A DNA stretch of 64,000 nucleotides from Pseudonocardia sp. (GTDB taxonomy: Bacteria > Actinomycetota > Actinomycetes > Mycobacteriales > Pseudonocardiaceae), in contig NZ_JAODNI010000113.1 in NCBI RefSeq assembly GCF_025465255.1, positions 15 to 64,014 on the forward strand, read 5' to 3'. Both the position numbers and the translations under genes were made by a program. A model generated the notes under the pieces. That model had not been told where the DNA came from and did not search any database. It worked only from the letters and a program-made list of their open reading frames with translations. Below are positions 8,960-18,874 of this stretch, piece by piece. Positions within the stretch are counted from its first letter, which is position 1, and each line of letters begins with the position of its first letter.

Positions 8960-9598
8960 CTACGCCGGCCGCGCCCGGTCGGTGAGCAGGCGGACGGCGA
9001 GCGCCGCGAGCACGGTCCCCATCAGGTAGCGCTGAACCCGCAGCCAGGACGGGCGCCGTCCGAGGAACGCCGCGAGGCTGCCCGCGCTCAGCACGATCAG
9101 GCCGTTCACCGTGAGCGCGACGGCGATCTGCAGGGCACCCAGCGTCAGGCTCTGCAGCGCGACGGAGCCGCGGGCCGGGTCCACGAACTGCGGCAGCAAT
9201 GCCACGTACAGCACGGCGATCTTCGGGTTGAGCAGGTTCGTGACCAGGCCCATCGTGAACAGGCGGCGGGTGGAGTCCGATTCGACGTGCGCGGGGACGA
9301 AGACGTTCGTGCCGCCCGGCCACACCGCCTGCCAGGCCAGGTAGAGCAGGTACGCCGCACCGGTGACCGTCAGGACCAGGTGGGCCGCCGGTACCGCGGT
9401 GAAGACGACGGCGAGCCCGGCGGTCGCGGCGGCCAGGTACACCCCGAACCCGGCGGCGACCCCGAGCAGGGACACGAGACCCGCGCGCCTGCCCTGGGTG
9501 ATCGAGCGCGACACCAGGTACATCATGTTCGGCCCGGGCGTGAGGACCAGCCCGAGCGCGACGGCGACGATCCCTGCTGCGGCACCCGCGGTCACCAT
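8960..9598 (-). CDS. LysE/RhtB family amino-acid exporter
   Basis: The start is at ATG 9598 (MVTAGAAAGIVAVALGLVLTPGPNMMYLVSRSITQGRRAG). The product is 212 aa and multi-TM, with the typical LysE N-terminal TPGPN motif. Confidence 0.85.
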   Translation of the reverse strand: MVTAGAAAGIVAVALGLVLTPGPNMMYLVSRSITQGRRAGLVSLLGVAAGFGVYLAAATAGLAVVFTAVPAAHLVLTVTGAAYLLYLAWQAVWPGGTNVFVPAHVESDSTRRLFTMGLVTNLLNPKIAVLYVALLPQFVDPARGSVALQSLTLGALQIAVALTVNGLIVLSAGSLAAFLGRRPSWLRVQRYLMGTVLAALAVRLLTDRARPA

Positions 9599-9698
9599 GC
9601 GTCGAGCCTCGCCGATCGAGCCGGCGACCGCGAGCGAGTTCCCCGAGGAGTCCGGGTCACGGCCCCGGGCGTCCACCCGCCCTCGGTATCGTCCGGAC

Positions 9699-10985
9699 GT
9701 GGCGGAACCGGGACTGGTGCGGCGGCTCGGGCTCGGCGACGCGGTGGTGCTCGGGCTCGGCTCGATGCTCGGGGCGGGCGTGTTCGCCTCGTTCGGGCCG
9801 GCGGCCGCGGCGGCCGGCGGCGGGCTCCTCGTCGCGCTCGGGCTGGCGGCCGTGGTGGCCTACTGCAACGCGACCTCCTCGGCCCGGCTGGCGGCGGCCC
9901 ACCCGGAGTCGGGCGGCACCTACGTCTACGGGCGCCGCCGTCTCGGCCCGGTCTGGGGGTTCCTGGCCGGGTGGGGGTTCGTGGTCGGCAAGACGGCGAG
10001 CTGCGCGGCGATGGCGCTGACCTTCGGCGCCTACGTCCGACCCGCGGACCCGGTGCCGCCGGCGGTCCTCGCGGTGGTGTTGCTGACCGGCGTGAACTGT
10101 CTCGGCGTGGCCAAGACCGCCGGGCTGACCCGGGTGCTGGTCGCCGTGACGCTGCTGGCGTTGGCCGCGGTCGTCGCCGCCGGCCTGGGGGGCGGTGCCG
10201 CGGACGCGACGAACCTGAGCGGGTGGACGGGCGGCGTCTCCGGCTGGGCGGGGGTCGGGCAGGCGGCGGCGGTGCTGTTCTTCTCGTTCGCCGGCTACGC
10301 CCGGATCGCCACCCTCGGCGAGGAGGTCCGCGATCCCGCGACCACCATCCCGCGCGCGATCCCCGCGGCGCTCGGCATCGTCCTCGGCGTCTACGCGGCG
10401 GTGGCGGTGACGGCGTTGCTGACGCTCGGCCCGGACGGGCTGGCGGCGTCGGCGGCGCCATTGGCGGCGGTGGCGGCCTCCGGTTCCTGGGCGTTCCTCG
10501 TGCCGGTCGTGCAGGTCGGCGGCGCCGTGGCATCGGCCGGGGTCCTGCTGTCGCTGATGGCCGGGATCGGGCGCACCACCCTCGCCATGGCGCGGGACCA
10601 CGAGCTGCCCGCGGCGCTGGCCACGGTTCATCCCCGCTTCCGGGTGCCGCACCGCGCGGAGCTGCTGCTCGGCGCGCTGGTCACGGCGCTCGTCCTGGTC
10701 ACGGATCTGCGGGGCGCGATCGGCTTCTCCAGCTTCGCGGTGCTGACGTACTACGCCGTCACCAACGTGGCGTCGTGGACGCTCGGCGGGCCACGCCGCC
10801 GCCTGTTCCGCGCCGTCGCGGCGATGGGCCTGCTGGGGTGCCTCGCGTTGGCGTTCGCCCTTCCGCCGCCCACCGTCGTGGCCGGGATCGTCGTGCTCGC
10901 CGTCGGGGTGGGTGGCCGCGCCGTCGCGCGCGCGTTCCGCTCCGGCGACCGGCCGAGCTCATCGGGGGGGCTCAGCGGCCGGTGA
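9699..10985 (+). CDS. APC-family amino acid permease
   Basis: An in-frame GTG at 9699 gives VAEPGLVRRLGLGDAVVLGLGSMLGAGVFASFGP... and a roughly 12-TM pattern over 428 aa. The upstream part of track ORF 9363..10985 is antisense to the LysE gene. Confidence 0.8.
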   Translation: MAEPGLVRRLGLGDAVVLGLGSMLGAGVFASFGPAAAAAGGGLLVALGLAAVVAYCNATSSARLAAAHPESGGTYVYGRRRLGPVWGFLAGWGFVVGKTASCAAMALTFGAYVRPADPVPPAVLAVVLLTGVNCLGVAKTAGLTRVLVAVTLLALAAVVAAGLGGGAADATNLSGWTGGVSGWAGVGQAAAVLFFSFAGYARIATLGEEVRDPATTIPRAIPAALGIVLGVYAAVAVTALLTLGPDGLAASAAPLAAVAASGSWAFLVPVVQVGGAVASAGVLLSLMAGIGRTTLAMARDHELPAALATVHPRFRVPHRAELLLGALVTALVLVTDLRGAIGFSSFAVLTYYAVTNVASWTLGGPRRRLFRAVAAMGLLGCLALAFALPPPTVVAGIVVLAVGVGGRAVARAFRSGDRPSSSGGLSGR

Positions 10986-11502
10986 CACCGTCGAGCACCT
11001 CGCGCAGCAGGTCCGCGTGGCCGTTGTGCCGGGAGTACTCGCCGATCAGGTGCACGTAGACCATCCGCAGGGACATCGCCTCGCCCCGGAAGTCGATCTC
11101 GTGGGTGAACGGCACCGCCGCGACCGCCTCGTCCGCCAGCCGCCACTCCTCGCGCAGTGCCCGGACGTCCTGTTCGGCGCGGGACGGGTCGACCCGGTCG
11201 AAGTCCGCGTCGTCGCCCGGGCCGCCGTGCAGGGGCGGTACGTCCTGACCGGCCATCCGCTGCCGGAGCCAGACCCGTTCGACCTTGGCGAGATGCCGGA
11301 CCAGCCCCAGCAGCGACACGGTCGAGGGCGGCACGGGCCGTGCGGCGAGCTGCTCAGCGGTCAGGCCGGCGCACACCCTGAGCAACGTCGCGCGTTGCCG
11401 GGCCAGGTAGCCCTCCAGGAGGAGCCGGTCCTCGCCGGTCGTCGGCCCGTCCGTCAGCGGTCCGCCGACAGGGACGGGTGCAGGGCATGTCCAGATCACC
11501 AC
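10972..11502 (-). CDS. DinB/DUF664 (mycothiol-transferase-like) family protein
   Basis: The C-terminal 165-175 aa read LEGYLARQRATLLRVCAGLTAEQL...LLGLVRHLAKVERVW...HLIGEYSRHNGHADLLRE, a DinB-fold His pattern. The start is a GTG at 11502 or 11499. Confidence 0.7.
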   Translation of the reverse strand: MVIWTCPAPVPVGGPLTDGPTTGEDRLLLEGYLARQRATLLRVCAGLTAEQLAARPVPPSTVSLLGLVRHLAKVERVWLRQRMAGQDVPPLHGGPGDDADFDRVDPSRAEQDVRALREEWRLADEAVAAVPFTHEIDFRGEAMSLRMVYVHLIGEYSRHNGHADLLREVLDGVTGR

Positions 11503-11600
11503 GACAGCTTCGCCGGGCCGGGAGCGGCCGACAAACGAAAAGCGGCGCCGACCCGCGGGGAATCGACCCCCGCCGGCCGGCGCCGCTCTCAGCGCCTGGA

Positions 11601-12014
11601 TCAGGCGGCCTGCTTGGTCTCCCAGAAGATCTTGTCGATCTGCGAGATGTAGTCGAGGAGCTCCTGGCCCGTGGCCGGGTCGACGGAGGCCTTGGTGCCG
11701 CCCGCGCCGCCGCCGGCCTTCTTGGTGGCCTTGTTGAAGAGGTTGTGCAGCTCCGGGTACTTCTCGAAGTGCGGCGGCTTGAAGTAGTCCGTCCACAGCA
11801 CCCAGAGGTGGTGCTTCACGAGGTCGGAGCGCTGCTCCTTGATCTCGATGGCACGCTCCCGGAACACCGGGTCCTCGTTGCCCTGGTACTTCTCCTGGAT
11901 CGCCTTGACCGACTCGGCCTCGATCCGGGCCTGCGCCGGGTCGTACACGCCGCAGGGGAGGTCGCAGTGCGCGGTGGCCTCCAGCCGCGGGCGGAGAATG
12001 CGGGACAGCCGCAT
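11601..12014 (-). CDS. sodN: nickel superoxide dismutase precursor
   Basis: The 137-aa product has a pro-peptide followed by the Ni-hook HCDLPCGVYDP. Confidence 0.95.
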   Translation of the reverse strand: MRLSRILRPRLEATAHCDLPCGVYDPAQARIEAESVKAIQEKYQGNEDPVFRERAIEIKEQRSDLVKHHLWVLWTDYFKPPHFEKYPELHNLFNKATKKAGGGAGGTKASVDPATGQELLDYISQIDKIFWETKQAA

Positions 12015-12110
12015 GGGTCCTCCCTGATGATGGTCCTGCTGGGTGATGATCGTTCTGGCGGGGCCAACCCTACTCCGGGCCCGCGGGATTCAGCAGGACG
12101 GAGACGTGTG

Positions 12111-12428
12111 ATGCGGCTATGGCGCCGGGTGGCGGTCCGGGGACCGTCGATGTCCCCCACCCTGGCCGACGGCGACGTCGTCCTGGCCCGGTTCGGTGCC
12201 CCCGTCCGGAGGGGCGACGTGGTGCTCGTCCGCTGGTCCGCGCGGCCCGGGCAGCTGTCGGTGAAGCGCGCGGTCCGGCCGGAGGGCGCGGGCTGGTGGG
12301 TGCTCGGCGACAACCCCTACGGCTCGACGGACTCGGGTCTCCTCGGGCCCGCGGAGGTGCTCGCCGTCGTCGAGGCCCGGTTGTGGCCCACGCCACGTCG
12401 GCTGCACAGGACACCCGACCGGGGGTGA
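12111..12428 (+). CDS. sodX: Ni-SOD maturation protease (S26 signal-peptidase-like)
   Basis: ATG 12111 gives MRLWRRVAVRGPSMSPTLADGDVVL...VKRAV...GDNP, the S26 motifs GPSMxPT and GDN. The gene is divergent from sodN, as in Streptomyces. Confidence 0.85.
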   Translation: MRLWRRVAVRGPSMSPTLADGDVVLARFGAPVRRGDVVLVRWSARPGQLSVKRAVRPEGAGWWVLGDNPYGSTDSGLLGPAEVLAVVEARLWPTPRRLHRTPDRG

Positions 12429-12643
12429 CGGAAGTGACGTGCCGGGGCCCCGCGGGCCGGGTAGGGTGACCGGCCAGTACCCGACGACCGATCCCTCGCC
12501 TCGCCCCGCCGCATCCGGACGGGATGGCAGAGGGGGCCGTCCGGCACCGCGAGAGGGTCGACCCGAGGCCTCCGGTGCACGGCGAGTGGGCTGCACGTGA
12601 CGTGCGCCCCGGACACCGCACACCTCCCAGGAGAGGCCCTCCC

Positions 12644-13822
12644 ATGACCGTCGTGCCCGAGCGCGTCCTCGCGAACGAACCGATCACCCAGGAACAGATC
12701 TTCGACGCCCACGTGGGAGGCAAGCTCTCCACCGGCCTGTCGACCCCACTGTCCGACGCGCGGGACCTGACCATCGCCTACACCCCCGGCGTCGCCGACG
12801 TCAGCCGCGCCATCGCCGCGGACCCGGCCCTCGCCGCCCGCTACACGTGGACGAACCGCCTGGTCGCGGTGGTCAGCGACGGCACCGCGGTCCTCGGCCT
12901 CGGCGACATCGGCCCGCGTGCCTCGCTGCCGGTCATGGAGGGCAAGTCCGCGCTGTTCAAGGCGTTCGGCGGGCTGGACTCCATCCCGCTCGTGCTGGAC
13001 ACGACGGACGTCGACGAGATCGTCGAGACGCTGGTCCGCCTGCGTCCGAGCTTCGGCGCGGTCAACCTGGAGGACGTCTCGGCACCGCGCTGCTTCGAGC
13101 TCGAGGCGAAGCTGATCGAGGCGCTGGACTGCCCCGTCATGCACGACGACCAGCACGGCACCGCGATCGTCCTGCTCGCGGCCCTGCGCGGGGCCTGCGA
13201 GGTCGAGCGGCGTGCGCTCGCGGAGCTGAAGGTCGTGATCTCCGGTGCCGGCGCCGCGGGTGTCGCCTGCGCCCGGATGCTGGTCACCGCCGGAGCGCGG
13301 GACGTCGTCGTGCTCGACTCGCGGGGTGTCATCGACGCCGCGCGCGGCGGGGAGAAGGCGCGGCTCGCGGCGGAGACCAACCCGCGGGGTCTCACCGGCG
13401 GGCTCGCGGACGCCCTGCGGGACGCGGACGTGTTCGTCGGCCTGTCCAGCGCGAGGCTCCCGGAGCAGCTGCTCGCCACGATGGCGCCGCGGCCCATGGT
13501 CTTCGCCCTGTCCAACCCGGACCCGGAGATCGCGCCGGACGTCGCCGCCCGATACGCCTCGATCGTCGCCACGGGCCGCAGCGACTTCCCGAACCAGATC
13601 AACAACGTGCTCGCGTTCCCGGGCGTCTTCCGGGGCGCGCTGGACGCCGGGGCGCGCCGGATCACCGACGAGATGAAGCTCGCCGCGGCCGAGGCGATCC
13701 ACCTGGTGGCCCGCGAGGACCTGGCGCCGGACCGGATCGTCCCGAGCCCGTTCGACCCGCGTGTCGCGCCCGAGGTGGCGGCGGCGGTGCGCGCTGTCGC
13801 CGAACGGGCGAGCGGACGGTAG
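12644..13822 (+). CDS. NAD(P)-dependent malic enzyme
   Basis: ATG 12644 follows GGAGAGG. The 392-aa product has VVSDGTAVLGLGDIGP, PVMEGKSALFK, GAVNLEDVSAPRCF and VISGAGAAGVA. Confidence 0.9.
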   Translation: MTVVPERVLANEPITQEQIFDAHVGGKLSTGLSTPLSDARDLTIAYTPGVADVSRAIAADPALAARYTWTNRLVAVVSDGTAVLGLGDIGPRASLPVMEGKSALFKAFGGLDSIPLVLDTTDVDEIVETLVRLRPSFGAVNLEDVSAPRCFELEAKLIEALDCPVMHDDQHGTAIVLLAALRGACEVERRALAELKVVISGAGAAGVACARMLVTAGARDVVVLDSRGVIDAARGGEKARLAAETNPRGLTGGLADALRDADVFVGLSSARLPEQLLATMAPRPMVFALSNPDPEIAPDVAARYASIVATGRSDFPNQINNVLAFPGVFRGALDAGARRITDEMKLAAAEAIHLVAREDLAPDRIVPSPFDPRVAPEVAAAVRAVAERASGR

Positions 13823-14024
13823 TCACGCGCTGTAACCGAGTGCGCGTCCGGCGAACTGGGCGCCTTCCGTCGGTCGGCCCGAACGGTGACTCTCCGGTGA
13901 CATGACGGGGGTCACTCACACGGGGCGTCGTGGTTCGTTCGAGGTAAGTCGGCGGATCGACCGGGCGACCACCTCGTTGTGCTCTAGGTAACGGGGGTTC
14001 GGCACACGACGCCTGGGGGGCGCA

Positions 14025-16967
14025 GTGGACGAGTTCGACGAGCAGTCGTCGCACACGGGGGAGACCCTGCGCGACGACCACGGCCGGGGCACGGACGAGG
14101 ACACCTCGGCCGAGGCGGTGCAGCGCGCGGACCTCCGCCGCTCGCGCCACGCCGTCCTCGGCGGCGGGGTCCGCCCCGAGGTGGCGCGGTTCGCGAGCCA
14201 GCTCGCGCAGGCGATCTCGGACGCGCCGGGCGGCGTCGTGCGCTCGTCGGGCCGGGAGCCGCACGAGCTGCCGAGCGCCGCCCCGCGTGCCGTCGAGTAC
14301 GTCCACGACGAGGTTCCGGCCGGAGCGCCGCAGCTCACCGAGGCGGTGACGGACCCGCGGCCGATGCAGGTCGTCGGCGCCGGGGCCGGCCCGTCCGGGT
14401 TCGCGGGGGCGCCCGTGGCCGAGCCGCTCGAGGCCCCGGCCGCATTCGACGAGCCGGTGTTCACCGAGCCGGGGTTCGCCGAGCCGGGATCCGACCCGGA
14501 GCTCACCGACCCCGTCGGCAGCTTCCCCCGCATCCTCCCCGCGCTCCGCGAGGCCGCCCTGGGCACCTCGACCCTGCCCCCCGGCACGCTCGACGGGTTC
14601 GGTCCCGGCGGCGTCGAGGTCGTCCGGCTGCCGTCCGCCCCGGCCGTCGTGTGCGACGCCTCGGACCGGATCGTGCGCGTCAACCAGGCGTTCCTGCGGC
14701 TGGCGGACCGGCGCACCGACGACCCCGTGCACGGCCCCCTCGGGATGCGGGTCAACCAGCTCGTCGCCGGCCCGGACACCGACGCCCGCCTGGTCCGGCC
14801 GGACCACTCGCTGGTGCGGGTGCGCGTCGTGCGCTGGGATCTGCCGGGCGCCCTGCGCGCGGTGCTCCTCATCGAGCTGGAGCAGCCCCAGGGTGACGCG
14901 GGAACCGCGGCGGACCGCCGCTGGACGGCCGAGCTGGAGCGGATCGCCCGCGTCGGCACCTGGACGTTCGACCTCGCCACGGCCACGCTCTCCCGCACCG
15001 AGACCCTCGACGAGCTGTACCGCTCGGTGGGCGTCGCCGCGGACACCGACCGCGGCCCCGTGGAGGGGGACCAGGTCGCGCTGCTCTGCCGCGGGCTGCG
15101 GTCCGGCGCCCGCACCCAGGACCACCACGTCGAGATGCGGCTCCCCGGGGACCGGGTGCTGAGCTGCCGGGCCGGCATCGAGCGCTCCGCGGACGGCACG
15201 CCGGTGCGGCTCGTGGGCATGGTGCGCGACGTCAGCGCGCAGCGCGTCGCCGAGGGCCGGGTGCAGCACTCCGGGCAGCGGTTCCTGGATCTCATGGCCA
15301 CCGTGACCGCGGGGGTGGGGCTGCTCGACGCGTCCGGCCGGCTCGTCGACGCGAACCCGGCCCTGTGCGCGCTGCTGGACTCGCCGTTGGAGCGGCTGCG
15401 CGGCGTCTCCGCGCTGGACCTGACCGCGGAGCCGGAGGCGAGCCCCGACGGCCTGCCGCGCTGGCTGCGCCGGATCGCGCCGGGCTCGCAGCACGGCTAC
15501 CGCATCGACACTCTCGCGCTGCTGCGCGCCGACGGCACCCGGGTGTGGTGCGAGGTCGGCGTCACGGCGTCCATGGCGGACGACGGCGGCGTGTTCTGGC
15601 TGATCGTCTGCGCGGACGTCGGCGAGCAGCGCCGCGCCGCCCAGCTCCTGCGCAGCGCCGCGACCACGGATGAGCTGACCCGGCTGCTGAACCGGGCAGC
15701 CGCCCTCGAACTGCTGGACACCCTGCTCGCCGGGCCCGGCCGGGACCGCGTGGCGCTGGTCTGCGGGGACCTGGACGACTTCGCCCGGGTCAACTCCTCG
15801 CTCGGCCACGAGGCGGGCGACGACATGCTGGTCGCGCTCGCGGGCCGGCTGCAGCGGGAGCTTCCGTTCGGCTGCACCGCGGCCCGGCTCTCCGCGGACG
15901 AGTTCGTGGTGATCTGCGCGGACCACGCGGAGGCCGGCGGCCCGGACGCGCTCGCCCGGACCGTCGCGGACATGCTCCGGACCACGGTCACCGTCCACGG
16001 GCGGCCGGTGCACCTCACGGCCTCCGTCGGGCTGGCCACCCCGAAGCCGCACGAGGACGTGACCGCGTCGGACCTGCTGCGCTACGCCGAGGCGGCCATG
16101 CAGGACGTCAAGCGCAACGACCGCGGCGGCGTCGGCATCGCCTGCGAGGGCGTCGTCTCCACCGCGACCCGGCAGCTGGAGCTCGAGGCCGAGCTCCGCG
16201 CCGCGATCTCCGGCGACGGGCTGCTGCTGGAGTATCAGCCGGTCGTCGGGCCGGACGGGGTCGTGCACAGCGCCGAGGCGCTGGTCCGCTGGCCGCACCC
16301 GGAGCGCGGGCTGATCCCGCCGGGGGAGTTCCTGCCGGTCGCCCAGCGCGGCGGGCTGCTGCGCGAGCTGGACCTGTGGGTGCTGCGCACCGCGACCCGC
16401 GAGGCCGCGGGCTGGACGACGCCGAGCGGGCGTGGCGTGGCCGTCGCCGTCAACCTCGCCGGGCTGCTGCCGAGCGAGCCGGACTTCCTCGCCCATGTGA
16501 GCGCCGCCGTCGCGGGTGCCGGCCTGATGTGGGACCAGCTGGTGCTCGAGCTCGTCGAGACGTCCATGGTGGCGCTCCCGCGGCACGCGCTCGACGCCAT
16601 GGCCGAGCTGGTCAACCGGGGCGTCCGCTTCGCCGTCGACGACTTCGGCACCGGCTACTCGTCGCTGGCGCGGCTCAAGGAGCTCCCGGCGCAGACGGTG
16701 AAGGTGGACCGGTCGTTCGTCACCGGCGTCGCGGAGGACCCGGCGGACTTCGCCGTCGCCCGGGCCGTCGTGGACATGGCGCACGCGATGGGCCGCTCGA
16801 CGGTGGCCGAGGGCGTCGAGACCGCGGAGCAGTTCCACGTGCTGCGCGGCCTGGGCGTCGACGCCTACCAGGGCTGGCTCTTCGCCCGACCGCTGCGGGC
16901 GGACGCGATGCGCCGGGTCCTGCTCGCCGAGCGCCTCCCGACGCCGGCAACCGCGATCGGCGCCTGA
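14025..16967 (+). CDS. PAS / degenerate-GGDEF / EAL signalling protein
   Basis: The 980-aa product has PAS-like repeats. Its GGDEF domain has SADEF in place of GGDEF (RLSADEFVVI). The EAL domain has intact motifs (EALVRW, DDFGTGYSS, KVDRSF, EGVET, QGW). The start is a GTG at 14025. Confidence 0.8.
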   Translation: MDEFDEQSSHTGETLRDDHGRGTDEDTSAEAVQRADLRRSRHAVLGGGVRPEVARFASQLAQAISDAPGGVVRSSGREPHELPSAAPRAVEYVHDEVPAGAPQLTEAVTDPRPMQVVGAGAGPSGFAGAPVAEPLEAPAAFDEPVFTEPGFAEPGSDPELTDPVGSFPRILPALREAALGTSTLPPGTLDGFGPGGVEVVRLPSAPAVVCDASDRIVRVNQAFLRLADRRTDDPVHGPLGMRVNQLVAGPDTDARLVRPDHSLVRVRVVRWDLPGALRAVLLIELEQPQGDAGTAADRRWTAELERIARVGTWTFDLATATLSRTETLDELYRSVGVAADTDRGPVEGDQVALLCRGLRSGARTQDHHVEMRLPGDRVLSCRAGIERSADGTPVRLVGMVRDVSAQRVAEGRVQHSGQRFLDLMATVTAGVGLLDASGRLVDANPALCALLDSPLERLRGVSALDLTAEPEASPDGLPRWLRRIAPGSQHGYRIDTLALLRADGTRVWCEVGVTASMADDGGVFWLIVCADVGEQRRAAQLLRSAATTDELTRLLNRAAALELLDTLLAGPGRDRVALVCGDLDDFARVNSSLGHEAGDDMLVALAGRLQRELPFGCTAARLSADEFVVICADHAEAGGPDALARTVADMLRTTVTVHGRPVHLTASVGLATPKPHEDVTASDLLRYAEAAMQDVKRNDRGGVGIACEGVVSTATRQLELEAELRAAISGDGLLLEYQPVVGPDGVVHSAEALVRWPHPERGLIPPGEFLPVAQRGGLLRELDLWVLRTATREAAGWTTPSGRGVAVAVNLAGLLPSEPDFLAHVSAAVAGAGLMWDQLVLELVETSMVALPRHALDAMAELVNRGVRFAVDDFGTGYSSLARLKELPAQTVKVDRSFVTGVAEDPADFAVARAVVDMAHAMGRSTVAEGVETAEQFHVLRGLGVDAYQGWLFARPLRADAMRRVLLAERLPTPATAIGA

Positions 16968-16971
16968 ATCC

Positions 16972-17004
16972 CACGTCGCGGCCACCTGTCCGGACACGTC
17001 GCGG
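16972..17004. promoter_or_regulatory. 10-bp direct repeat CACGTCGCGG x2 (23-bp period) upstream of the ABC operon
   Basis: Copies at 16972-16981 and 16995-17004 are identical. They lie in the 146-bp gap before the ATPase gene at 17114. Confidence 0.3.
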
Positions 17005-17113
17005 GTTGGTCACGGTCCCCGGTTCCCGGTTCGCCACCCGGATCTCGGCGGGATAGCCTCGCTCGACTGCGGCGGCCGGCAAGAGGTCGTCGGCGACGAA
17101 CGGGGTTGCCCGG

Positions 17114-18199
17114 GTGATCGAGTTCCGGGACGTCACGAAACGGTTCCCCGACGGCACCGTCGCCGTGGACGCGCTGAACCTGACCGCGGAGACCGGCCGG
17201 ATCACGGTGTTCGTCGGGCCGTCCGGCTGCGGCAAGACCACCTCGCTGCGAATGGTCAACCGGATGATCGAGCCCAGCTCCGGCGTCATCGAGGTCGACG
17301 GGCAGGACATCATGGCCGGCGATCCGGCCGAGCTGCGCCGCGGCATCGGCTACGTGATCCAAGCGGCCGGGCTGTTCCCGCACCGCACCATCCGGGACAA
17401 CATCGCCACGGTCCCGATGCTGCTGGGCTGGAACAAGAAGCAGGCCCGCGAGCGGGCGATGGAGCTGATGGAGACCGTCGGGCTCGCCCCGGAGATGGGC
17501 AGCCGCTACCCGGCGCAGCTCTCCGGCGGCCAGCAGCAGCGCGTCGGGGTGGCCCGCGCGCTCGCCGCGGACCCGCCCGTCCTGCTGATGGACGAGCCGT
17601 TCAGCGCCGTGGACCCGGTGGTCCGGGAGAACCTGCAGGACGAGCTGCTGCGGCTGCAGTCCGAGCTCGGCAAGACGATCGTGTTCGTCACCCACGACAT
17701 CGACGAGGCCATCAAGCTGGGCGACCGGGTCGCTGTGTTCCGCACCGGCGGCCACCTCGCCCAGTACGACGAGCCCGGCGTCTTGCTCGCCCGCCCGGCG
17801 GACGACTTCGTGGACAACTTCGTCGGCCGGGACCGCGGCTACCGCGGGCTCGGGTTCGTGTCCTCCAGCGGGCTGCCCGTCGGCGAGCTGCGGACGGTCG
17901 AGGTCGGGGGCAGCGCGCCCGAGGGCTGGTCCCTCGTAGTCGACAGGGAGCGGCGCCCGCTCGGCTGGCACCACGGCGGGACCGCGGGAGGCACGGCCGG
18001 CGAGGAGAACCTCGTCCCCGGCGGCTCCCTGTACGACGCGGGGTCCGGCTCTCTGCGCAGCGCACTCGACGCGGCCCTGTCGTCGCCGTCGGGCCAGGGC
18101 GTCGCGGTCGCCGCGGACGGCCGGGTGAGCGGCTCGATCAGCGCGGACGACGTGCTCGCCGCCCTGGCCGTCGCCCGCCGCGACGACGCGGCCGCGTAG
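17114..18199 (+). CDS. osmoprotectant (glycine betaine/choline type) ABC transporter ATP-binding protein
   Basis: The 361-aa product has Walker A GPSGCGKTT, signature LSGGQQQRVGVARAL, Walker B LLMDEPFSAVD and an OpuCA/ProV-like C-terminal extension. Confidence 0.85.
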   Translation: MIEFRDVTKRFPDGTVAVDALNLTAETGRITVFVGPSGCGKTTSLRMVNRMIEPSSGVIEVDGQDIMAGDPAELRRGIGYVIQAAGLFPHRTIRDNIATVPMLLGWNKKQARERAMELMETVGLAPEMGSRYPAQLSGGQQQRVGVARALAADPPVLLMDEPFSAVDPVVRENLQDELLRLQSELGKTIVFVTHDIDEAIKLGDRVAVFRTGGHLAQYDEPGVLLARPADDFVDNFVGRDRGYRGLGFVSSSGLPVGELRTVEVGGSAPEGWSLVVDRERRPLGWHHGGTAGGTAGEENLVPGGSLYDAGSGSLRSALDAALSSPSGQGVAVAADGRVSGSISADDVLAALAVARRDDAAA

Positions 18200-18211
18200 G
18201 GGAGCGCACCG

Positions 18212-18874
18212 GTGACCTGGGTTCTCGGCAACCTGCCGCTGATCGGCGACCTGCTCGTCCAGCACATCGTGTTCTCGCTGGTCCCGGTGGTGATCGGGCT
18301 GGTGCTCGCGATCCCGCTCGGCTGGCTGGCCGACCGCACGCGCGCCGGGCGCACCATCGTGATCAACCTGTCCGGGCTGCTCTACACGATCCCGTCGCTG
18401 GCGCTGTTCGTGTTCCTGCCGGCCATCCTCGGCACCTCCATCCTGGACCCGATCAACGTGATCGTGGCGCTGAGCGTCTACACCGTGGCACTGCTCGTCC
18501 GCACCATCGCGGACGCGCTGTCCGCGGTGCCGGACCTCGTCGTCAACTCGGCGACGGCGATGGGCTTCACGCCGGCCCGCCGGTTCGTCGGGGTAGACCT
18601 CCCGCTGGCGATCCCTGTGATCGTCGCGGGGCTCCGGGTGGCTGCCGTGTCGTCGATCAGCCTGGTGACGGTGGGCTCGACCGTCGGGTTCGGCGGCCTC
18701 GGCCGGATGTTCACCGACGGCTTCCAGCGCGTCATCACCGCGGAGATCATCGCCGGGATCGTGCTGGTGCTGGTGCTGGCCCTCGTCGTCGACACGCTCC
18801 TCGTGCAGGGCGGCAAGGCCCTGACGCCCTGGGAGCGGGCCGGAGAGACCGTGCGGCGGGGGGTGGAGGCGTGA
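18212..18874 (+). CDS. ABC transporter permease (OpuCB-like)
   Basis: The 220-aa multi-TM product belongs to the BPD_transp_1 type and sits within the operon. Confidence 0.8.
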   Translation: MTWVLGNLPLIGDLLVQHIVFSLVPVVIGLVLAIPLGWLADRTRAGRTIVINLSGLLYTIPSLALFVFLPAILGTSILDPINVIVALSVYTVALLVRTIADALSAVPDLVVNSATAMGFTPARRFVGVDLPLAIPVIVAGLRVAAVSSISLVTVGSTVGFGGLGRMFTDGFQRVITAEIIAGIVLVLVLALVVDTLLVQGGKALTPWERAGETVRRGVEA

